From NCBI GenBank assembly GCA_944390675.1, contig CALXQR010000003.1, positions 123,896-163,895 of the forward strand: a DNA stretch of 40,000 nt, given 5' to 3'. Positions 7,718 through 15,930 of the stretch are shown piece by piece. The stretch is from an uncultured Burkholderiaceae bacterium. GTDB taxonomy: Bacteria > Pseudomonadota > Gammaproteobacteria > Burkholderiales > Burkholderiaceae_F. Below the pieces are notes generated by a model. The model had not been told where the DNA came from. It saw only the letters and a list, made by a program, of their open reading frames with translations, and did no database searches. Positions within the stretch are counted from its first letter, which is position 1, and every line of letters begins with the position of its first letter. Made by a program: the position numbers and the translations under genes.

Positions 7718-10193
7718 TTTTGACGACATCGCCCGGCAAATGGCCGAAGTAGGGATCTTTGTTCCGGAACGGCATCAGCTGCACGTGACGGCACCCGGCT
7801 ATGACCGGTTCCGTCCGGACGGCCAGAGATCCAAGAAAAAGAGCGCTTGGTACCGGATCTATGAGAACCGCACGCTCAAGGGCCGTGTGTTTTATTCCGG
7901 CAGCTTCGGGATCCGCACCGAGAGCTACCTCATCAAACCCGGCAAGGAAACCTTTACAGAAGAGGAAAAGGCCGAGGCCAAGGAATTTGCCAAGAAAGCA
8001 GCCGAACAGTTTGAAAAGGACCGACAGGCTATGGCTGCCGAAGCCGCCGCACGTGCCGCGAGGCTTTGGAAAATGGGGCATGACGTTGACGGCAAGCAGG
8101 GCTATTTAACCCGCAAGGGCATTAAACCTTACGGTGCTCGGCAGCTTAATGATCAGCTCCTGGTGCCGATGTTTCGTGCCGGCCAGCTCGTGGGCCTGCA
8201 GACGATCTCTCCCGTAAAAGATGAGGATGGACGTGATAAAACGTTCATGCTTGGCAGCCAAATTGCTGGCGCATACATGAAAATCGGCGATTTTGATACG
8301 CGTCCGGATCTCATCTATGTGGTGGAAGGATATGCCACCGGGTGCTCCGTGCATGAAGCCACGGGCGCACCTGTGGTGGTGGCCTTCAATGCCGGCAATC
8401 TGGACAGTGTGACTGCGACTGTGCGCAAAAAGTACGATCAGGCCAAGGTGGTGATTGCCGGTGATGATGATCACTTTTGTGTCAAGCGCGCCAAAGAATT
8501 TTTTGAAAAGACCTTTGGTGTGACGCCGGTTGTGGCCTCAAGCGTCAAGGATCCGGAGGAGACCTTTACGCATCCGGAAAAAGGCGAGGTGGCCTATAAG
8601 TGCTTTAAGCGCATCACAGACGGCGTGCTGGGCGTCTATGGCTATGCACGCTACGTCGAAAAGGGGCGCAAGGTCACGAAAAAGCTCTCCTTTGTCAATG
8701 CCGGCAAAAGCAAGGCCATGGAGGCTGCACGCAAGCACCGCTGCTGCGTGGTGTTTCCGCGTTTTAAAGCAAAGGACTCCACTGGCAGCGACTTCAATGA
8801 CCTCGCTCAGGCCGAAGGCCTTGAGGTCGCGGCAGAACAGCTCAAGGCTGATGACCTTAAGCCGTTGGCTTCGCGCGAAGCGGCTGAGAAAGCGCCGGGC
8901 TTCATGGATGAGCGCATTCGGCGCATGAATGAGCACCTTGTGTACGTCTATCCGGTGGGCTATTGGGATACCGAGCTGCGTGAGCTCGTGGGCGCGCAGC
9001 CTTTGAAGGACCGCTATGACGATGAGACCTTCAAGAACTGGAAAAAGAATCCGGCCAGGCGCGTGATCATGAAAGATCAGCTCTTGTTTGAGCCCGGGCG
9101 CAATGTGCCGGAGGGCTGCATCAACATGTTTGATGGCTGGCCTCTGAAGCCAGACAGCCGCAAGGCCTGTGATCTCATCATTGAGAATCTTTACGACCTT
9201 TGCGGTCGTGATGATGACGTGTTTTGGTGGGTGGCCAAGTGGTTGGCGTATCCCCTGCAGCATCCGGGGGCAAAGATGCACCAGGCGCTTTTGGTGCATG
9301 GGGCCAAGGAGGGCACCGGCAAAAGTTTCATGTTTGAAGTGGTCATGCGCGAGATCTATGGGCGCTACGGGGGAACGATCAACCAGGACATCATGGATGA
9401 CAAGTACACCACGTGGCAGAGCCAAAAGCTTTTCATTCTTGGTGAGGAAATTGTGTCATCGGCCGAACGCCGAAAGCAAAAGAACCTCATTAAAACGTGG
9501 ATCACCGGCAAGTATCACCAGGTGGTGAGCAAGTACGTCAATTCGCGTGAAGAGGTGAATCTCACCAATTTCGTGTTTCTCTCAAACGAGCTGCAGCCTT
9601 TGGTGCTTGATGAGTATGACCGGCGGTTTATGGTCATCTACAACGATCTTAAGCACGACCAGGCGTACTTCAAAAACCTGGCCGAGCAAGTGGATGCCGG
9701 CGGTGTTGAGGGGTTTTATGACTGGCTGCTGCACATCGATCTGGGGGATTTCGGGCCGGATACGCCCGTGCTTGAGACAGAGGCTCACCAGGCGCTTAAA
9801 TCGCTTGGTAAAGCCTCGGATGCCCGTTTCCTGGATGATTGGCTCAGTGAATCGCTGGATTATCCCGTCGGGCCCGTGGCCGGCATTCATCTGTATGCGG
9901 CCTATGACCTATGGCGCAAAAAGACTAATGAGCGGCCGGTAACGCAAACAGCGTTTCTTACCGCATTGGGTCGAAAGATGCGCAGTGAACGCCGGCGGGT
10001 CGATCTGTACCCGGAAAATGAGTATTACGGCCCGGACAAGGTTGTTAGCGGTCTTGTGACGGAAAAGCGGATGCTGACGGTTTATTTCCCGGTTGAAAAG
10101 CAACTCGATGCCAATGAAGTGGCCGACAGCGTGCGGGCGTTTCAGTTGAAAATGCTGCAGAACCGGCAGCAGTATCACAGCTATGGGGGCTAA
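7707..10193 (+). CDS. Bifunctional DNA primase (Toprim) / SF3 helicase, P4-alpha-like replication protein
   Basis: Toprim region LIYVVEGYATGCSVHEATGAPVVVAFNAGNL...VVIAGDDD. C-terminal P-loop HGAKEGTGKSFMFE with downstream LFILGEE (Walker B-like). The start overlaps the Rha stop and has a GGGAGG RBS. Confidence 0.85.
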   Translation: MASSFDDIARQMAEVGIFVPERHQLHVTAPGYDRFRPDGQRSKKKSAWYRIYENRTLKGRVFYSGSFGIRTESYLIKPGKETFTEEEKAEAKEFAKKAAEQFEKDRQAMAAEAAARAARLWKMGHDVDGKQGYLTRKGIKPYGARQLNDQLLVPMFRAGQLVGLQTISPVKDEDGRDKTFMLGSQIAGAYMKIGDFDTRPDLIYVVEGYATGCSVHEATGAPVVVAFNAGNLDSVTATVRKKYDQAKVVIAGDDDHFCVKRAKEFFEKTFGVTPVVASSVKDPEETFTHPEKGEVAYKCFKRITDGVLGVYGYARYVEKGRKVTKKLSFVNAGKSKAMEAARKHRCCVVFPRFKAKDSTGSDFNDLAQAEGLEVAAEQLKADDLKPLASREAAEKAPGFMDERIRRMNEHLVYVYPVGYWDTELRELVGAQPLKDRYDDETFKNWKKNPARRVIMKDQLLFEPGRNVPEGCINMFDGWPLKPDSRKACDLIIENLYDLCGRDDDVFWWVAKWLAYPLQHPGAKMHQALLVHGAKEGTGKSFMFEVVMREIYGRYGGTINQDIMDDKYTTWQSQKLFILGEEIVSSAERRKQKNLIKTWITGKYHQVVSKYVNSREEVNLTNFVFLSNELQPLVLDEYDRRFMVIYNDLKHDQAYFKNLAEQVDAGGVEGFYDWLLHIDLGDFGPDTPVLETEAHQALKSLGKASDARFLDDWLSESLDYPVGPVAGIHLYAAYDLWRKKTNERPVTQTAFLTALGRKMRSERRRVDLYPENEYYGPDKVVSGLVTEKRMLTVYFPVEKQLDANEVADSVRAFQLKMLQNRQQYHSYGG

Positions 10194-10215
10194 TAACATG
10201 CAGGATTCTACGTGT

Positions 10216-10494
10216 TGTGCAGGGTCTGTGCAGGGTTTGTGCATGGTTTGTGCAGGGTTTGAGAATGGAGAAAACGCAATGAAAACAACAAGTTATGACA
10301 ATGTGTGCAGGGTGTGCAGGGTTTACGCAGGCGCGCACGTATGCGCACGCGTACCCGCGCGCGCAGGTACGCGCGCATACGAATGTTTTTTAACGCAAAA
10401 CCCTGCACACTATGCACAGTTTTCTTTTTCTCTTTTAAAAACAAACGGTTAAAGGAATTAAGACCCTGCACAAACCCTACACAAACCCTGCACA
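10216..10494. repeat. Iteron array / candidate phage origin of replication
   Basis: TGTGCAGGGT-type units start at 10216, 10227, 10238 and 10249 (11-bp period), and at 10304 and 10313. Inverted ACCCTGCACA-type units start at 10400, 10463, 10474 and 10485 (11-bp period). The two arms flank a GC-rich alternating Pu/Py tract and an AT-rich stretch. Confidence 0.65.
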
Positions 10495-10527
10495 TACTAT
10501 GCACAGACCTTTTGAGGGAGTTTTTTG

Positions 10528-10872
10528 ATGAGATTGAAGTGGGTACGCCAAAAATTGCAACGCTGGGCAGCCTGGCTCGAAGGACGCGGAAACATCAAAG
10601 GCATCCAGCTCTCTCAGGTCGGCGGGGGATCCGGATCCGGTAAAGATGCCGGAGTCAAAATTGATGAGGATTCGCTCTTGGTTGATCAAGTGGTCAGAGA
10701 ACTCGAAAATGATCACCAGGAGATCATCCGGATGGTTTACTGCGAGACGCCCGGGGGAGATCTGAATCGAGTGGCAGAAAAGATGGTATTAAATCGGAGT
10801 AGCGTCTATAGAAGGATTTTCGAAGCAGAAAAGGAGTTTGCCATCCAATATGATGAAAAAATAGGCAACTAA
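10528..10872 (+). CDS. Q-like late-gene antiterminator (phage 21/82/933W Q-type pattern)
   Basis: LQRWAAWL near the N-terminus resembles LERWGAWA of 933W-type Q. The C-terminal part DEDSLLVDQVVRELENDHQEIIRMVYCE...LNRVAEKMVLNRSSVYRRIFEAEKEF parallels the Q C-terminal HTH-like region. GAGGGAG RBS before ATG 10528. Recognition by eye only. Confidence 0.5.
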   Translation: MRLKWVRQKLQRWAAWLEGRGNIKGIQLSQVGGGSGSGKDAGVKIDEDSLLVDQVVRELENDHQEIIRMVYCETPGGDLNRVAEKMVLNRSSVYRRIFEAEKEFAIQYDEKIGN

Positions 10873-10882
10873 ACAAAAAGAC

Positions 10883-10912
10883 TTGAACAGCGTGCACAAA
10901 ATATGATATAGT
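10883..10912 (+). promoter_or_regulatory. Candidate late promoter (PR'-like)
   Basis: TTGAAC (10883-10888), 18-nt spacer, TATAGT (10907-10912), directly downstream of the Q-like gene. Confidence 0.5.
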
Positions 10913-10963
10913 TTCGCTAAAATCTGGCAGAGCTTGCAAGTAGAGCTCGGAAAACACCAAAAG

Positions 10964-10988
10964 ACCCGCACAAAACCGCGGGTTTTTT
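10964..10988 (+). terminator. Rho-independent terminator about 50-75 nt downstream of the candidate late promoter
   Basis: ACCCGC-acaaaacc-GCGGGT followed by TTTTT. Confidence 0.7.
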
Positions 10989-11055
10989 GTTGCTCTTTCA
11001 GTTTTTCCGTCGGCTTGGGATAATCCTCAAAGTATTTTGTTTTAAGGGTTCATAA

Positions 11056-11670
11056 ATGACCGATTGGATTAAAGTGCTGCTTGAGTTTTTATCTGCCAAC
11101 AAGGCGGCAGTCATCTTAGTTTTTGTGCTGGTGATTTGCCTGGGTGGTTCTTTCATTGATGGGTTTGCGACATTGCATCAACAATATGCGACGTGGCTGT
11201 ACCTGGCGGCGGCTTTTGCCATCAGTGTGCTGATTGTTCAGCTGTTTGTCTGGCTTAAAGATCAGTATTTCGCCCGGCGTGCTCAAAAGCTTGAAGAAGA
11301 AAGGGCTGAGCGAGCCAGGATACTTGAAGAAGAAAAGGCAGAGCGTGCCCAAAAGCTCGAGGAGGAAAAGGCCCTGCAGAAGCGGCGTCAGGCTTTAGAG
11401 CGTGATATCCGTTATTTCAATTATTTGACTGTAGCAGAGCGAAAGATTTTGCTTGAGGCGTTTCAAAAGAAACGAACAACATTCGAGGTTAACGCTCAAA
11501 ACCCATCAATAATTCGATTGATCAGCGGACACTATCTTGATGAGCTGCCGACTGGCGACCCGATGGAAATTTTCCCGGACACAAAAACAGTGGTTTTAAG
11601 CCCTTCAACAATCGATTTGCTTGATGAATGTTTTGATGAGCTTATGAACCAGTACAAGCAGGATAAGTAA
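11056..11670 (+). CDS. SieB-like superinfection-exclusion membrane protein (moron)
   Basis: N-terminal DWIKVLLEFL plus two TM helices, then a repeated EERAERARILEEEKAERAQKLEEEKA coil, then C-terminal LTVAERKILLEAFQKKRTTFEVNAQNPSIIRLISGHYL, which resembles the SieB-family pattern. It has its own extended -10 (TGgGATAAT, 11016-11024) and is flanked by terminators. Confidence 0.5.
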   Translation: MTDWIKVLLEFLSANKAAVILVFVLVICLGGSFIDGFATLHQQYATWLYLAAAFAISVLIVQLFVWLKDQYFARRAQKLEEERAERARILEEEKAERAQKLEEEKALQKRRQALERDIRYFNYLTVAERKILLEAFQKKRTTFEVNAQNPSIIRLISGHYLDELPTGDPMEIFPDTKTVVLSPSTIDLLDECFDELMNQYKQDK

Positions 11671-11795
11671 TTCGGACTCTCTGAGTCGACCGTATGGCGA
11701 CATGCGGACCCAAGCCGTCACGGGAATAAGTTGCGATCCTTAGCAAGCAGACGGTAATCGGTGACAGGCCGGAAAGACGGCCACAGGTTTTTAGG

Positions 11796-11822
11796 GCCTT
11801 CTGCGAAAGCGGAGGGCTTTTT
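11796..11822 (+). terminator. Rho-independent terminator after the SieB-like gene
   Basis: GCCTTCTGC-gaaa-GCGGAGGGC (two G-U pairs) followed by TTTTT. It is preceded by a second small hairpin, GGCCG-gaaaga-CGGCC (11767-11782). Confidence 0.6.
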
Positions 11823-11838
11823 CGTATCCGGAGCAAAC

Positions 11839-12045
11839 ATGAAAGTGAGACGTGCAAAGAAAGTCAGACAGCAGCGAAAGCCCCTGAGCGACAACTGGGC
11901 GATCATCGGAGAAACCGGTGTGCCGGTTTGCCGGCGCGACTTTCGGCATGACGTCGATCATGACGATCGTTGGCACCGCATCATGATGGTGGTTGCGTTT
12001 GTGGGCTTGGTGTTTACGCTCGCGGCTTGGTTGTGCCGAGATTGA
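11839..12045 (+). CDS. Small basic protein with C-terminal TM helix (68 aa)
   Basis: MKVRRAKKVRQQRKPL...IMMVVAFVGLVFTLAAWLCRD. GGAG RBS 7 nt upstream of ATG 11839. Confidence 0.4.
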   Translation: MKVRRAKKVRQQRKPLSDNWAIIGETGVPVCRRDFRHDVDHDDRWHRIMMVVAFVGLVFTLAAWLCRD

Positions 12046-12057
12046 GGAGGTCTAACA

Positions 12058-12231
12058 ATGAGAAAAGACTCTGTGTGGTGGGGTCTGGCAGCGTTTTTGT
12101 TGGGTGGCCTCGGAGGGATCATTGTCGTCTTGCTGGGTGTGTTCTGGGGTGAAAAGGCCATCCTTGGGTTTATTGCCATCTTGCTTTGGGATTTTTTAGT
12201 TATCAAGCTTATGACATCAACCAGGTCGTGA
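12058..12231 (+). CDS. Small two-TM membrane protein (57 aa, below the ORF-track cutoff)
   Basis: Manual translation gives MRKDSVWWGLAAFLLGGLGGIIVVLLGVFWGEKAILGFIAILLWDFLVIKLMTSTRS. GGAGG RBS 6 nt upstream. Confidence 0.35.
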   Translation: MRKDSVWWGLAAFLLGGLGGIIVVLLGVFWGEKAILGFIAILLWDFLVIKLMTSTRS

Positions 12232-12676
12232 GTAAGGTGGCAGCCGCAGCGCATATCCCGGATCCAATAATGGTTTTCCATGTTTGCCTGGTTTGGAAAT
12301 CATGTTCTTTTTCCAGGGTGGTTTCAGCAAGTTTGTTTTGATCTTCCATGATTTCCTTGATGACATCACTCATAGCATCAGCCACTGCCTGAGCTTGGGC
12401 TTCGCGTTCAAATTGTTCGCGTTTGATGATGGAGTCAGTCAGCGTATCGCCGATCTCTGAGAAGCTGGGTTTGAGAGGTTCAGGCATCTTAGGAATCGGT
12501 GGCACAGAGATTTTGCTGAGGTTGGCAATTGCCTCTTGCATCTTTGGGCTCATGACGGGGATCTTGATGTTTTGAGACACAGCATCCTTTATGCCCTCTG
12601 GTTGGGCTGGGATTCGGTTCATGGTTGCGGCTGCATCAATGAAAGGTTTTAATTTACTGCGAGTGTCGTTGGTCAT
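12209..12676 (-). CDS. Hypothetical tail-anchored protein (155 aa), opposite in orientation to the surrounding late genes
   Basis: ORF 12209-12688. The second ATG (MTNDTRSK) has a GAGG RBS. C-terminal hydrophobic helix IIGSGICAAAATLLTTWLM. Confidence 0.55.
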   Translation of the reverse strand: MTNDTRSKLKPFIDAAATMNRIPAQPEGIKDAVSQNIKIPVMSPKMQEAIANLSKISVPPIPKMPEPLKPSFSEIGDTLTDSIIKREQFEREAQAQAVADAMSDVIKEIMEDQNKLAETTLEKEHDFQTRQTWKTIIGSGICAAAATLLTTWLMS

Positions 12677-12957
12677 ATGTTGCCTCATTGGTTATTTGAT
12701 GTTGATGATAACCGTGAGGCAAATTCCTTGCAGAACCGCTACCGGTGGCGGAGTAATTCACCGGACCAATCGCTACCTTAGTGCCGTTGTTTTCAACAGG
12801 AGCAGCTAGGGCTTTGGGGTGTCGTTTGATGCCCCGTTTTTTATTCAAAGCTGCAGCCTCCGGGTCCTTCCGGGGGCTGTGGCGGTACGGTGCGGAAGAC
12901 CCCGAAATTTTTCTACTCACGAGACGCCTTAAGGGGTTGTTTTTACTGGATTTACTG

Positions 12958-13485
12958 ATGTCTGGATTGACACAAAAAGAGATTGCTGAACATCTTGGAA
13001 TGACTCAGCAAGCCGTTTCGAAAACGCTCGGAAAGATGGGGATTGAGTGGCAGTCGATGTCGCTCGATGAGGTGCGTCTGGCCTATATCAAAAGGCTGCG
13101 CGAAGTCGCAGCCGGATACGCGAGCATTGACGGTCAGTACGACCTCAACCGCGAGCGCGTTCTGACCGAACAGGTGGATCGTGAGCTCAAGCTTTACCAG
13201 CTTGCTGAGAAAAAGCAGATGCTGGTCAATGTTGACGTTTTCATGACGGAATTGGAGCCGGTTTTTCAAGCCATGCGGCAGGAGATGCTTGCAAGGGATG
13301 ACAAGTTGAAGCTGGAGCTTGACACGCTGTACGGCATCAATGTGGATGTGACGATTTTGAATGAATACACAAACAATACTCTCAATCACCTGTCTCGATA
13401 CCTCAAAGAGTATCCAGAGAATCATGGCGAGATTGAGCGAGATTCTCCGGGCCCCGGAGAAAATGGGGACGACTCAATGGGCTGA
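12958..13485 (+). CDS. Terminase small subunit (N-terminal HTH, Nu1-like position)
   Basis: MSGLTQKEIAEHLGMTQQAVSKTLGKMG is an HTH at the N-terminus. The gene lies immediately upstream of, and overlaps, the GpA-type large terminase. The start is uncertain; upstream in-frame starts exist at 12829 and 12781. Confidence 0.6.
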   Translation: MSGLTQKEIAEHLGMTQQAVSKTLGKMGIEWQSMSLDEVRLAYIKRLREVAAGYASIDGQYDLNRERVLTEQVDRELKLYQLAEKKQMLVNVDVFMTELEPVFQAMRQEMLARDDKLKLELDTLYGINVDVTILNEYTNNTLNHLSRYLKEYPENHGEIERDSPGPGENGDDSMG

Positions 13486-15391
13486 AAACTATCGAGGCAT
13501 GAGCTCGAAGTCAACGGCAATGCCCGGTCGCTACAACGCATCAATCACGCCCTGGATCAGCGGGATTCATGAAGCTCTGGATGATCCAAAAGTCGAGCGC
13601 GTGGTGGCGCAAAAAAGTGCTCAGGTGGCCTGGACTGACGGTGTGCTTTTGAACTACATCGGACGCCGCATTGATCTGGATCCGTGCCCGATGATCGTTA
13701 TGTTTGCCAAGCGAGAATCGGCCAAGGATTTCAATGATGAGAAGCTCGTGCCGATGATTGAGGCGACGCCTCACCTGTCGACCAAGATTCCGATCACTTC
13801 CAAGCGTGACAAAAACAACCGTTTTGACTTCAAGGGATTCCCTGGAGGTTTTTTGAAGCTTGTGGGATCCAATTCACCGTCTGAAGTGAAGTCAACGCCG
13901 GCCCCGGTCGTGTGCGTTGAAGAGCCGGACGATTGCAACACAAACGTAAAAGAGCAAGGCGACACAATCGCGCTACTGATTGAGAGAACGAAGTCCTTTG
14001 CCAGGCGAAAGATCATTTACGGTGGAACGCCGACAGTTGAAGGATTCTCGGCTGTTGAGTTTGCCTATAAAACGTCTGACAAACGCAAGTTTTATGTGCC
14101 GTGCCCGGACTGCGGCGAAGAGCATGTGCTCAGTTGGGATAACGTGCGCTGGAATGAGGATGAGACCTTAAACCATGAGATCTTTGGAAAGGCTGTTCTG
14201 GATTCTGCTGCCTACATTTGTCCGCACTGCGGCTCAGTCTGGGATGACGTTAAGAAAAACCGGGCTGTGCGAAAAGGTGTGTGGCGTGCTGAGGGGCCGT
14301 TCAACGGAACAGCGGGCTTTTACATCAACGAGCTTTACTCACCGTTTCCAGGTTCAAAGCTGAAAATTCTTGTCGAAAAATACTTGACGGCCAAACATGA
14401 GCTTGATCAGGGCAAAGACGGCAAGATGCGTAGTTTTTTCAATTCGCAGCTGGGTTTGCCTTATGCCTTTAAGAGCGGTCTGCCGGATGCCGATGTGCTT
14501 GCAAAGCGAGCCGAGTCTTACGACGAATTTACAGTGCCGGTTGTGGGTTGCGTTCTGACGGCTGGCGTTGACGTGCAGCACGACCGTCTGGCAGTGATCA
14601 TCCGAGCCTGGGGTCCGGGTGAGGAAAGCTGGTTGGTTTACTGGGGCGAAATTCCCGGACAGACCATGACGCCGGAGCGGGGTGCTTGGGTCGATTTGGA
14701 TGCGCTCTTAAAGCGTGACTTTAAGGCAGTCAATGGTGCCAGTCTCAAGATACGGGCGGTTTCTATCGACTCATCGGATGGCCAAACAAGCGATGCGGTC
14801 TACTCGTTTGTGCGCCGGCGTATGGCTCGGGGTTTGATGGCAATTAAGGGCTCTTCGGTCAATGATGACCGCAAAGAGATCTTTACGCCTCCAAAGCCTT
14901 CAATCGATGTCAATGGGCGGCAAAAATCGCTGCGTTTTGGCTTAAAGCCGTTCATTGTCGGCACCAGCAGAGCAAAAGACTTGATCCTTGGAGTGGATGC
15001 CAATGCCGGCCGCATCAAGCTTGAGGGAGACGGCCCTGGGCACATGCACTGGTACAGTGGCGTGCGTCCGGACTACTGGGAGCAGATCACCAGCGAGGTG
15101 AAGGTGCCGAGCAGCCATAGCGCAAAGCGCGTCTGGCAGAAAAAGTCCGGCGTGCGCAATGAGGCGCTTGACTGTGAGGTTTATGCGCTTCACGCTGCCA
15201 GATCCTTGAAGCTGCACCTTTGGAATGCGGCCAAATGGGATCTGGAAAGGCAAAAGCAGCTGCAGATGGATCTGATTGATGTTGCAGAGCAAAAACCTGC
15301 AGAGGAAAAGATTGAAGAGAAACGCGAAGAGGCAAAACCGGTTCGGGATGACTTTTTCGATGCGTTTAACCGAAGAGGTGACGAATGGTAG
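13424..15391 (+). CDS. Terminase large subunit, lambda GpA family
   Basis: RLSEILRAPEKMGTTQWAENYRGMSSKSTAMPGRYNASITPWISGIHEALDD parallels the lambda gpA N-terminus. A zinc-ribbon-like CPDCGEEH...CPHCG is present. Start chosen at MARLSEIL. Confidence 0.9.
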   Translation: MARLSEILRAPEKMGTTQWAENYRGMSSKSTAMPGRYNASITPWISGIHEALDDPKVERVVAQKSAQVAWTDGVLLNYIGRRIDLDPCPMIVMFAKRESAKDFNDEKLVPMIEATPHLSTKIPITSKRDKNNRFDFKGFPGGFLKLVGSNSPSEVKSTPAPVVCVEEPDDCNTNVKEQGDTIALLIERTKSFARRKIIYGGTPTVEGFSAVEFAYKTSDKRKFYVPCPDCGEEHVLSWDNVRWNEDETLNHEIFGKAVLDSAAYICPHCGSVWDDVKKNRAVRKGVWRAEGPFNGTAGFYINELYSPFPGSKLKILVEKYLTAKHELDQGKDGKMRSFFNSQLGLPYAFKSGLPDADVLAKRAESYDEFTVPVVGCVLTAGVDVQHDRLAVIIRAWGPGEESWLVYWGEIPGQTMTPERGAWVDLDALLKRDFKAVNGASLKIRAVSIDSSDGQTSDAVYSFVRRRMARGLMAIKGSSVNDDRKEIFTPPKPSIDVNGRQKSLRFGLKPFIVGTSRAKDLILGVDANAGRIKLEGDGPGHMHWYSGVRPDYWEQITSEVKVPSSHSAKRVWQKKSGVRNEALDCEVYALHAARSLKLHLWNAAKWDLERQKQLQMDLIDVAEQKPAEEKIEEKREEAKPVRDDFFDAFNRRGDEW

Positions 15392-15930
15392 AGACATTGA
15401 TTGTCGGCGACAGTGCCAGTTGGAGCTTTCGACTTGCTGATCTGCCGGCTTTTTCCGGTGCTCCTGAAGGTGCGACGCTCTCGGCATTCTTGAGATCGGC
15501 CGGGGAGTTGATCAACCTAAAGGCCGAGGCGCTCAATGGTCGAATCTTTGCGAGCCTGGATCCCAAAGCATCGGCAAAGCTTACCGTTGGGAAAGCGTTT
15601 TTGCTGCTGCGCTTGGTATCAGAGGCGGATCAATACCAAAAATCTGCAGTGGTCAAAGAGCTGCAGGTTGTGCCGGCGGTTGATGATGAAGGTTTTGATC
15701 ATCGAACCGAAGCTCAAAAGTGCTTGGCACAAGCCGAAGCGGCTTTGGTTGACTACACAAAAGGCGGCGGTCGCGTGAAAAGCTACACAATCGGCACGCG
15801 GTCGACGACTTTTAACAATCTGCAGGAGTTGACGGATTTAGTTGAATACTGGCGGAAGCGAGTTTATTTGGAGGCCTGTGCGCAGCAGGGCATTGATCCT
15901 CGCCGGATGTTGGTGGAGTTTGTTCCATGA
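15385..15930 (+). CDS. Head-tail joining protein with a gpW-like C-terminal region and an N-terminal extension
   Basis: The C-terminal AEAALVDYTKGGGRVKSYTIGTRSTTFNNLQELTDLVEYWRKRV resembles lambda gpW. The gene sits between terminase and portal, as in lambda. Confidence 0.5.
   Translation: MVETLIVGDSASWSFRLADLPAFSGAPEGATLSAFLRSAGELINLKAEALNGRIFASLDPKASAKLTVGKAFLLLRLVSEADQYQKSAVVKELQVVPAVDDEGFDHRTEAQKCLAQAEAALVDYTKGGGRVKSYTIGTRSTTFNNLQELTDLVEYWRKRVYLEACAQQGIDPRRMLVEFVP

Noticed and set aside
10216-10494. Possible CRISPR array because of short regularly spaced repeats
   Set aside because: The units are only ~10-11 bp, directly abutting with no spacers, and occur in both orientations. That is an iteron pattern, not a CRISPR repeat-spacer pattern, and there are no cas genes.
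10183-10716. Overlapping ORFs across the iteron region (10183-10452 +, 10208-10504 -, 10305-10643 +, 10045-10338 -, 10477-10716 -)
   Set aside because: Their reading frames run through the TGTGCAGGGT-type iterons and the GC/AT tracts, which therefore shape much of their sequence (for example CAGSVQGLCMVCAGF). Several frames are open at once. The region is better explained as a noncoding origin.
12781-12957. Upstream extension of the small terminase ORF (GTG 12781 or ATG 12829)
   Set aside because: The HTH that normally sits at the extreme N-terminus of Nu1-type small subunits begins at ATG 12958. The extension is Arg/Gly/Phe-rich and overlaps the likely cos/promoter region. It is not excluded, only less likely.
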